Source: an uncultured Thermodesulfobacteriota bacterium (lineage in GTDB: Bacteria; Desulfobacterota; DSWW01). Taken from it: 64,000 nt of DNA. The notes under the pieces were generated by a model. That model made no database searches. It was not told where the DNA came from and saw only the letters and a list, made by a program, of their open reading frames with translations. The DNA is taken from contig CAYZMM010000004.1 in the NCBI GenBank assembly GCA_964479535.1, positions 70,459-134,458 on the forward strand, written 5' to 3'. Made by a program: the position numbers and the translations under genes. Every line of letters starts with the position of its first letter. Position 1 is the stretch's first letter. Shown here one piece after another: positions 27,733 to 35,502 of this stretch.

Positions 27733-30700
27733 TCACGTAAGCTCCTCGAGAAGGGCCTTCGCCTCCTTCAGGTCGCGGGTGTCGAAGCCTTCCGTGAACC
27801 AGTGGTAGACCGGTGCGAGCAGCTCGCGGGCCTTTTGCTTGCATCCCTGCTGCTGCCATAGGCGGGCGAGGCCCGTCGCCGCTCGAAGCTCATATGATTT
27901 CGCGCTCTGGCGCCGCGCTACCTCGAGCGCATCGCGGAAGGACGCCTCCGCCCCTACTTGGTCGGCGGGTGTATGACCGAGAAGCAACTCGCCTTTTACG
28001 CGATGCAACTCTGCCTCCATCATGCGCTCGTCGGTCTTTGTCACGAATTCCAATCCCTGCGCCACGAGAGCGACACCTTCCTCCACTTGTCCTGCCTTCC
28101 TGTGTGCCCGGGCCAAGAGGGCAAGAAACCACGAAGATCCCAGGACTGCGCCCCTGGCCCGCATACCCTGGAGAACCGACCGCATCCCGGCGATTCCCTC
28201 CTGCAGCTGTCCCTCCTCGGTGAGCGCCTCGAGGCGAAGCCAGGCTCCGAATGCCAGATAGTACGCAAACCCATGCTCGCTTGAGAGATTGATTACAGCC
28301 TCTGCTGTCTGAAGAGATGCCTTAGAGTCGCGCCGCTCCAGGTAGATACGGCTAATACAGAATAGGGCAACTGACTCACTGAAGGGATCAGAGAGCTCCC
28401 GCGCCAGGGCGAGCCCCTCCAGGGCCCTCTTGAGGGCCTGGACCGGGTAACCGAGGGAGACAAGCGTCCAGCTGAAGAAGAAGAGGCCCCATACGCCAAC
28501 ATTCGCTGAGGCTGAGAGGTAATCATGGCCCCGATGTTTCTTCGGGTCGTAAAGGCCGAGGAATTCTTCGAGATGCTCTCGGGCCTCCGAAAACTCTCCC
28601 CGATAAAAGGATGTCCCGCTCATGGCATGCAGCGCGCGCAGGAGTTGTCCCGGGTCGCGTGACTCGCGGGCCACACGGAGCAGTTCCTCGGCGAGCAGAC
28701 GAGCTTTGTCATGCTCAGCACGTACCTGTTGGCCCGCCCGCAGTCCGGTCAACGCTGCAAACACCTGAGAAGCATTCCCCAGGCACTCAGCGAGATCCCG
28801 GGCGCGCAAATACGCCTGCTCTGCTTCCACGGACGCGAAGGTCTCGGTTACGTCCAAGGCCTGGCCGAGTGCGGACTGCAGGGACAGCTCCAGTTCGTCC
28901 CGCTCCCGGGTCTCGGGCAGGGTCTTCAGGAGTTCGAGAGCCTGCCTGAGCCTGTCGATCGCCTCCCCGTAGGCCGAGCGCGCCACCGCCTGCTCACCGG
29001 CCAGCCGCAGGTACTCCGCGGCCTTGGGCGTGTTCGCACTCCGGCCGTAGTGGTGGGCCAGCTCCTGGTAGTGCTCGTCGAGTGTTTCGCTGTAGACCTT
29101 CTCGATCGCCTGACCCACCCTCTCGTGTATTGCCCCGCGCCTCTCTCGCAGCATGGACCCGTACGCCACCTCCTGCGTGCGTGCGTGCTTGAACGTGTAC
29201 TCCGGGTCCGGAAAGGCCGGCCGCTCGTAGATGAACTCCGCTGCCTGCAGATGCGAGAGCTCTCTGGAGAGATACTCCTCGGCCTCTCCGGCCACGGCGC
29301 GGATGAGGCCCAGGGAGAACTCCTTGCCGATCACGGCCAGGGTCTGCAGGAGGTCCTTCTCCCGGGAAGGCAGCCGGTCGATGCGGGCCCCGATCACCCC
29401 CTGAACCGTGGCCGGTATGTGCAGCTCCCCCGGGGATCTCTTCAGACGGTAATGACCCGGCTCCCCTGCAAGCACCCCTTCCTCGACCAGGGTCTGCACC
29501 AGTTCCTCCAGGAAGAAGGGGTTTCCCTGGGTCTTCGCCATGATGAGCCGTTCGAGCTCGGTCCGATCTGCGCTTGCCTCATCCCCCAAGAGGGCTGTTA
29601 GTAGCTCCCGAGCCTCCACATCCCCCAGTGGATCCAGCCGGAGCTGTGTGTAGCAGGTCCTGCTCCCCCAACCGTGCCCGTACTCGGGCCGGTAGTTCAC
29701 CAGGAACAGGAGCCTGGCCGTGGCCACGCTGTCGACGAGCACGTACAGGAAGGCCTGGGTCTCGGAGTCGATCCAGTGAAGATCCTCGAAGACGAGCACA
29801 CAGGGCTGGTCGAGGGTCTCCCGCACCAGCACGCGCTTCACGGCCTCCAGGGTCCGCTGCCGCCGGATCTGTGGGTCCATCTGCTCGAGCGGGCCGGTCA
29901 GGTCTCCGATGCCCAGGAGGGTGAAGAGATACGGCAGGGTGTCCTCGAGCGTGCGGTCCAGGGTCAGCACGGTCCCGGTGACCTTCTCCCGCCTCCGGCG
30001 CTCGTCGTCTTCTAGGCCGATTCGGAAATACCCCTTCAGAAGCTCGAGCAACGGCAGGTAGGCGTATGCCTTGCCGTGGGAGACCGACAAGCCCTCGAGC
30101 ACGCGGCAGCCGCTCGTAAGCTGCCCCTTGAACTCGTAGAGCAGGCGCGACTTGCCCACACCCGCTTCGCCCAACACCGCCACAATCTGGCCGCGGCCCG
30201 CCTGGGCGGCCTCCCACGCCCGCTGGAGCTGCTCCATCTCCCTCTGCCGGCCCACGAAGCGCGAAAGCCCCCGTCTTTCGGCTACCTCCATTTTCGTTCG
30301 CAGGGGGCCCACGCCCTGCAGCTCGAAGACCCGCAGCGGTTCCTGCACGCCCTGCACGTTGAAGCGGCCCAGATCGCCCAGCCGGCAGAGGCCCTCGACC
30401 ATCTTGGCCGTGTGCTCGCTGAGATAAGCCTTTCCCGGCTCCGCCAGTTGCTCCATGCGCGCCGCAAGGCCCACGGTCTGGCCCTGGGCCGTGTAGTCCA
30501 TCCGCAGGTCGTCGCCGATCTTACCGACCACCACTTCGCCCGAGTTGAGCCCCATCCTGACCGAGAACCGAAGCCCCTTCTCCCGTTTCAACTCTGCCGC
30601 GTACCGCTGCAGTCCCTCGCTCAGGCGGAGCGCCGCGTAGCAGGCCCGCTGAGCGTGATCCTCGTGAGCGATCGGCGCCCCGAAGAGCGCCATGACACCG

Positions 30701-31116
30701 TCGCCGGTGTACTGGTTCACCGTTCCCTCGAAACGGTGCACGCCGTCCGCAAGGATCTGGAAGAACCGGTCGAGGATCCGGTGCCACTCCTCCGGGTCGG
30801 TCTGTTCAGCCATTTCCATCGAGCCCTTTACGTCTGCGAAGAGGACGGTGACCACTTTCCGTTCGCCCTCGATCGAGCTGCGGGTCGTGAGGATCTTTTC
30901 GGCAAGGTAGTTCGGGGTGTAGGACCGAGGTTGGGAGTAGTCGACGGCGGGCGTTGCTACGGGCTTGGTCAGGTCATGGGCGCAATCGCCGCAGAACTTA
31001 TCGTTCGGAAGAACTTCAGCCCCGCACTGAGGGCAGGCGAGGACGAGTCTCGCCGCACATGCCCGGCAGAACTTCTTGTTATCCGGGTTGTCCGTCTGGC
31101 ACTGAGGGCATTTCAT
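27733..31116 (-). CDS. double Zn-ribbon - class III nucleotidyl cyclase (CHD) - AAA/STAND NTPase - TPR protein, paralog 3 (intact, 1127 aa)
   Basis: Two CPxC...CxxC ribbons are followed by a full CHD domain, a P-loop NTPase and long TPR-like C-terminal helices. No interruptions are seen. Confidence 0.85.
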   Translation of the reverse strand: MKCPQCQTDNPDNKKFCRACAARLVLACPQCGAEVLPNDKFCGDCAHDLTKPVATPAVDYSQPRSYTPNYLAEKILTTRSSIEGERKVVTVLFADVKGSMEMAEQTDPEEWHRILDRFFQILADGVHRFEGTVNQYTGDGVMALFGAPIAHEDHAQRACYAALRLSEGLQRYAAELKREKGLRFSVRMGLNSGEVVVGKIGDDLRMDYTAQGQTVGLAARMEQLAEPGKAYLSEHTAKMVEGLCRLGDLGRFNVQGVQEPLRVFELQGVGPLRTKMEVAERRGLSRFVGRQREMEQLQRAWEAAQAGRGQIVAVLGEAGVGKSRLLYEFKGQLTSGCRVLEGLSVSHGKAYAYLPLLELLKGYFRIGLEDDERRRREKVTGTVLTLDRTLEDTLPYLFTLLGIGDLTGPLEQMDPQIRRQRTLEAVKRVLVRETLDQPCVLVFEDLHWIDSETQAFLYVLVDSVATARLLFLVNYRPEYGHGWGSRTCYTQLRLDPLGDVEARELLTALLGDEASADRTELERLIMAKTQGNPFFLEELVQTLVEEGVLAGEPGHYRLKRSPGELHIPATVQGVIGARIDRLPSREKDLLQTLAVIGKEFSLGLIRAVAGEAEEYLSRELSHLQAAEFIYERPAFPDPEYTFKHARTQEVAYGSMLRERRGAIHERVGQAIEKVYSETLDEHYQELAHHYGRSANTPKAAEYLRLAGEQAVARSAYGEAIDRLRQALELLKTLPETRERDELELSLQSALGQALDVTETFASVEAEQAYLRARDLAECLGNASQVFAALTGLRAGQQVRAEHDKARLLAEELLRVARESRDPGQLLRALHAMSGTSFYRGEFSEAREHLEEFLGLYDPKKHRGHDYLSASANVGVWGLFFFSWTLVSLGYPVQALKRALEGLALARELSDPFSESVALFCISRIYLERRDSKASLQTAEAVINLSSEHGFAYYLAFGAWLRLEALTEEGQLQEGIAGMRSVLQGMRARGAVLGSSWFLALLARAHRKAGQVEEGVALVAQGLEFVTKTDERMMEAELHRVKGELLLGHTPADQVGAEASFRDALEVARRQSAKSYELRAATGLARLWQQQGCKQKARELLAPVYHWFTEGFDTRDLKEAKALLEELT

Positions 31117-31175
31117 CCCGGCGCGTCCCGCATGGAGGATGGGTGGGAGTGACTCGGGGTGCTCGCGCTCGGGGG

Positions 31176-31365
31176 TGTTCTAAATGCTAGAAAATAAAGA
31201 TAAAGGAGTCAATAATTGTTTTGCGTCAGGTAGGGCGGGGGCCGTCTCGATGTGAGATGATGGCAAATTTCAACCGATTTGTTTTTTCCCGTATGTTTCA
31301 AATACTTGTGTTCATCTTGATGGATTGGCACGGCCGTTGCTCTACCCTGATCCAACAACACCCTC
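31176..31365. repeat. divergent-promoter module, copy A; homologous to 38968..39236, with a degenerate third copy near 22240..22290
   Basis: GTTCTAAATGCTAGAAAATAAAGATAAAGGAGTCAATAATTG and GATGGATTGGCACGGCCGTTGCTCTACCCTGATC are conserved between the copies. Confidence 0.6.
31326..31341 (+). promoter_or_regulatory. sigma54 (RpoN) -24/-12 promoter, TGGCACG-N4-TTGCT, oriented toward the MMPL-CNB gene
   Basis: A perfect match to the sigma54 consensus with correct spacing. The identical element recurs at 39191-39206. Confidence 0.55.
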
Positions 31366-31548
31366 TTCTCGCTGAACGAGGCGATGGAGCACTCCATCCT
31401 CCTGGGATTCTGAGCATTGGAAGTTCCCCCGGGGCCTTCCGCCGATTCACCGCAGGGCGGTGGATCGCGTTGACACCGGATTCCGGACTCCCCTATACTT
31501 CACCCCAGGCGGGCACCTCTCATCTTCTCTCAAGAAGATGGAGAACGT

Positions 31549-34296
31549 ATGGACCGATTCTACGGTTGGATCGTCCGCAGGCCGAAGCTGATTCTCCTCC
31601 TCCTCGTTCTTCCCACAGCATTCCTTGCCCTTCAGGCGCGACACATCCGGTTGGACAGCTCCATCGAGAGCCTCCTGCCGAGGGAAGACCCTGAAAAGAA
31701 GTACTACGAAGAGATTCGTCAACTCTACGGCAGTGACGAGATCGTCGTGATCGGCCTCATGGCGGACAACGTCTACAGGCCGGAAACCGTTCAGAAGATC
31801 GAGCGGATCACGGAAAAGATCCGAGAGATGCCCGAGGTGAAGAGCGTTGCGAGCCTCACCAACGCGCAGGATGTGATCAAATCCGTTGCCGAGGACACCC
31901 TGCTCATCCCGGAGATTCCCACCACCGAGGAAGGATGGGAAGAGGTCAAGGGCAGGGTCGCCGAGCACCCCGTCTATCTGAAGAACCTGGTCTCCCCCGA
32001 TGGTCGCGCGGCCGCGATCAACGTCACCTTCCTGGAGAGTGTGTCGGACGAGGCGTTCCTGCGCCGCGGGATCGACGAGAGAATTCAGAAGATCCTGGAC
32101 GCGGAACAGGGGCCGGAGAAGCTCTACTACACGGGGCTTCCTCGCTTCAAGGTCCACGTGGTCCAATCCATGCGGGGAGATTTGAAGTCCTTTCTCCCCC
32201 TGGTGCTGCTCTGCATCGCTGTCGTCATGTTCGCAAGCTTCCGCTCTCTGCGTGGGGTGATCCTGCCTGCGGTTACCTCCGTCGTAGGCCTGACCTGGAC
32301 CCTCGGGATCATGGTGCTGGCCGGAAGTTCCCTGAGCCTGGGGAGCATCACACTTCCCCCTTTGCTCCTCGTCCTGGGCACGGTCTACTCCCTGCACGTG
32401 GTGGCCGAGTACTACGAATTGGCCCGGCCCGGCACGCCGGCGGGCGAGGTGGTCCTCGAGACCCTCAGAAAGACCGGAATGCCCGTCCTGATTACGGCAC
32501 TGACCACCGCCCTGGGCTTCGCGGCCCTGGCCGTGAACCGCATCGTCAGTATCCGGGAGATGGGCCTCTTCTCCGCAGCAGGCATCCTGTTCGCCTTCCT
32601 GCTCTCGGTGACCCTTGTGCCGGCGATCCTCTGCCTGTTGCCGCTGCCCAAGAGGCGGGCAGACCGGTTTTCGCCCGTGTTGACCTCGACACTTCAACGG
32701 ATAAGCCGCCTGGACATCCGATACCGCAGGCCGATCATCCTTGCGGGAATCCTCATTGCGGTCCTCGCAGCCTGGCAGATTCCCTCGATCATGGTGGACT
32801 CGAACTTCCAGTCCTTCTTCCGCAAAGACGACCCGATCCGCAAGGCCAGCGATGTCATCAACGAGCATCTTGCCGGAAGCTCTGCCTTCTACGTCACCAT
32901 CGACGGCGAGAAGACGGGCCTCGTGAAGAAATGGGACACCTTGAAGCGAATCAAAGAGCTTCAGCTCTACATCGACGCTTTGCCCGGAATCGAGAAGACG
33001 ATTTCCCTGGTGGACTACTGCGAGATCCTGGACAGAGGGATTCAGGCCGTGCCCCCCTGGGAGGAACCGCCCGAGCCGCAGGAGCCGGAGCCCCAGACGA
33101 CCTTCTGGGAGAATCCTTCCCAGCTCGACGGCGTCATGCAGCTGGTGTTCCTGAATGCGAAGAGCATATCCGGCGTTGCGAACCATCCCGTGTTCTCGCG
33201 GACGAACATCATCGTTCGCACCTCCCTCACCCACGCCAGCGATGTGGCCGCCACGGTGGAGAAGATCGAGGCGTTTGCCGCCGAGACCTTTCCCCCGGAG
33301 CTCACCGTGAGGACCACCGGCGAGTTGATCCTTCACACTCGCACGAGCGGCGACATCGTGAGGGGGCAGATTCAGAGCCTGGGGCTTGCCGCCGGGATCA
33401 TCTTCCTCGTCATGTCGACCATGTTTCTCTCCGTTCGGATCGGCCTGATCGCCATGGTTCCGAACCTCTTCCCGATCATGGTCTTCTTCGGGCTCATGGG
33501 CGCCTCAGGGGCCGTCCTCAGCCTGAGCACGAATATCATTGCCGCGATTGTCCTGGGGATCGCCGTGGACGATACCATCCACCTCATGTCACGCCTGAGT
33601 TCCCAGGTCAGGGCAACGGCCGACCGGGAAGAGGCCCTCCTTCACACCTTCTCCACCGTGGGGAAGCCCGTCTTCTACACGTCCGTGATCCTGTTCCTGG
33701 GCTTTCTCACGCTCTGCGTCTCCTCCTTTGTGCCGATCCGGGAATTCGGCATTCTGGCCGCCTTCACGATGATCGTGGCTCTTGGCGCAGATGTGGTCTT
33801 GTTGCCCGCCATCCTGTCGACCACGCGGTTCATCACCCTGTGGGATCTGCTCTATCTCAAGCTGGGCCGGGATCCGCACAAGGTCATTCCCCTCTTTGAC
33901 GGACTGAGGCCCTTGCAGGCCAAGATCGTCACCCTCATGGGCGAACTCAAGACCTTCACCCACGGCGATGCGATCGTCCGTCAGGGGGATATGGGCAATG
34001 AAATGTTCGTTCTGCTCAAAGGCACGGCGGAGATTCACATCCAGGCCGAAGGCCGGTCCAGACGCATTGCCGGGCTCGAGAGAGGGGACGTCTTTGGAGA
34101 AATGGGACTGCTTCGCCATCATGAACGCACGGCAGACGTCGTTGCTTCCGAAGATGTGGAAGTCCTGGCCGTAAACGAGCGCTTCCTCTCGCGCATCAAG
34201 CGCCGGTACCCGCGAATCGGCGCCCAGATCTTCTTCAATGTGGCAAAGATCCTCAGTGACCGCCTCGAAGAGGCAAGAAAGGTCCCCTCGGTATAG
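31549..34296 (+). CDS. RND-superfamily MMPL/HpnN-like exporter (two SSD/12-TM halves) fused to a C-terminal cyclic-nucleotide-binding (CAP-family) domain
   Basis: 915 aa with MMPL-type TM/periplasmic-loop topology. The last roughly 120 aa carry FGEMGLL...R..TADVVA, the cNMP phosphate-binding cassette. Confidence 0.75.
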   Translation: MDRFYGWIVRRPKLILLLLVLPTAFLALQARHIRLDSSIESLLPREDPEKKYYEEIRQLYGSDEIVVIGLMADNVYRPETVQKIERITEKIREMPEVKSVASLTNAQDVIKSVAEDTLLIPEIPTTEEGWEEVKGRVAEHPVYLKNLVSPDGRAAAINVTFLESVSDEAFLRRGIDERIQKILDAEQGPEKLYYTGLPRFKVHVVQSMRGDLKSFLPLVLLCIAVVMFASFRSLRGVILPAVTSVVGLTWTLGIMVLAGSSLSLGSITLPPLLLVLGTVYSLHVVAEYYELARPGTPAGEVVLETLRKTGMPVLITALTTALGFAALAVNRIVSIREMGLFSAAGILFAFLLSVTLVPAILCLLPLPKRRADRFSPVLTSTLQRISRLDIRYRRPIILAGILIAVLAAWQIPSIMVDSNFQSFFRKDDPIRKASDVINEHLAGSSAFYVTIDGEKTGLVKKWDTLKRIKELQLYIDALPGIEKTISLVDYCEILDRGIQAVPPWEEPPEPQEPEPQTTFWENPSQLDGVMQLVFLNAKSISGVANHPVFSRTNIIVRTSLTHASDVAATVEKIEAFAAETFPPELTVRTTGELILHTRTSGDIVRGQIQSLGLAAGIIFLVMSTMFLSVRIGLIAMVPNLFPIMVFFGLMGASGAVLSLSTNIIAAIVLGIAVDDTIHLMSRLSSQVRATADREEALLHTFSTVGKPVFYTSVILFLGFLTLCVSSFVPIREFGILAAFTMIVALGADVVLLPAILSTTRFITLWDLLYLKLGRDPHKVIPLFDGLRPLQAKIVTLMGELKTFTHGDAIVRQGDMGNEMFVLLKGTAEIHIQAEGRSRRIAGLERGDVFGEMGLLRHHERTADVVASEDVEVLAVNERFLSRIKRRYPRIGAQIFFNVAKILSDRLEEARKVPSV

Positions 34297-34341
34297 AGCG
34301 AGTTGCCCGAACAGCCTTGCCGGGGAACCAGGGAGGCAGAG

Positions 34342-35169
34342 ATGAAGATCACCTTCTATGGCACCCGAGGCTCCACGCCCATACCTGAACCGGATTACTT
34401 CCAGGTCGGCGGCAACACACCGTGCGTCCTGTTCACTTCCGACAACGGAAGAATCGCCATCTTCGACGCGGGCACGGGAATCCGCAAGCTGGGCAACGAA
34501 CTGCTGGCTCGCGGGCACCAGCAGTTCGACAATATCTTCATCGCCCTCTCACATACCCACTGGCATCACATTCAAGGGTTCCCCTTCTTTCTCCCCGCAT
34601 ACGATCCGGCCCGCCACTTCACCATCACCATTATTGGAAGAGAGCGAGAGACGAAGAACCTCGAGGACATCTTTTCGACGCAGATGCAGCGCGAGTTCTT
34701 CCCCGTTCCCCTGGAGAAGATGGGGGCGAAGATGACCTTTTCCACACCCGAGACAACCCGTTTTACCACGCCGATTACAGGAAACAAGGTGATTACGCTC
34801 AGGCACAACCATCCTGGTGGGGCCTACAGCTACCGCGTCGAGGGTTCCGGAAAGACCTTCGTCTACTGCACGGATGTGGAACACACGGATGGGATCGATC
34901 CGAACATCGTCGCCCTCGCCAGAGAGGCCGACCTTCTGGTCCATGATGCACAGTTCACCCCGGAGGAGCTGAAGGAGAAGAAAGGCTGGGCCCACAGCAG
35001 TTGGGAGCAGGCGGTGGAGGTGGCGGAGCAATCCGGCGCAAAGAGACTGGCGCTCTTTCATCACGATCCGGAACACAGCGACCCCTTTCTCTTCCGAATG
35101 GAGAAAGCGTGTCAGAAGCGGTTCGCAGAGGCCTTTCTTGCCCGAGAGGGAATGGAAATCGAGTTATAG
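34342..35169 (+). CDS. MBL-fold metallo-hydrolase (atypical HTHWHH motif); candidate cyclic-nucleotide phosphodiesterase by context
   Basis: SHTHWHH, a CTDVEH motif and a C-terminal HHDPEH follow the MBL pattern. A GGGAGG RBS precedes the ATG at 34342. Confidence 0.55.
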   Translation: MKITFYGTRGSTPIPEPDYFQVGGNTPCVLFTSDNGRIAIFDAGTGIRKLGNELLARGHQQFDNIFIALSHTHWHHIQGFPFFLPAYDPARHFTITIIGRERETKNLEDIFSTQMQREFFPVPLEKMGAKMTFSTPETTRFTTPITGNKVITLRHNHPGGAYSYRVEGSGKTFVYCTDVEHTDGIDPNIVALAREADLLVHDAQFTPEELKEKKGWAHSSWEQAVEVAEQSGAKRLALFHHDPEHSDPFLFRMEKACQKRFAEAFLAREGMEIEL

Positions 35170-35502
35170 ATCGTCGTTTTCCAAGCGAGGTGCACGTGTG
35201 TAAGGATGTCGTCCAAGCCCCCATGCGGCCATGAGGCAGGGTTCGATATCATTGTGGAGAGGCCACAAGAACTTGACCAGCTCCGCAATTGGAGAAGTAG
35301 CGTTTTCGGCGTGGCCCTTCGTGAAGGCAAGGTTCTCCATGAAGCGGCGTGGTGATCCTGAAGTGGCGGCCTGGCTGAAGAAGGCACAGGGTGATCTCCG
35401 TATGGCTCGTCCGGCCATCGAGACGGAAGATCCGCTTTAGGACCAAGCGTGAATTCGGCGGCATTCAGAATGGAGTCGTCGCCTGCCAACGGCCTGAATT
35501 CC

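Noticed and set aside
27548-27859. A 103-aa ORF between phd and copy 3.
   Set aside because: It overlaps the 3' end of copy 3 in another frame and shows no motif. The intergenic part is better explained as the phd-vapC control region.
31360-31548. Structured 5' leader or riboswitch upstream of the MMPL-CNB gene, including the CACCGC-aggg-GCGGTG hairpin.
   Set aside because: There is only one short hairpin and no similarity to known riboswitch cores that I can recognise by eye. The finding is left open rather than called.
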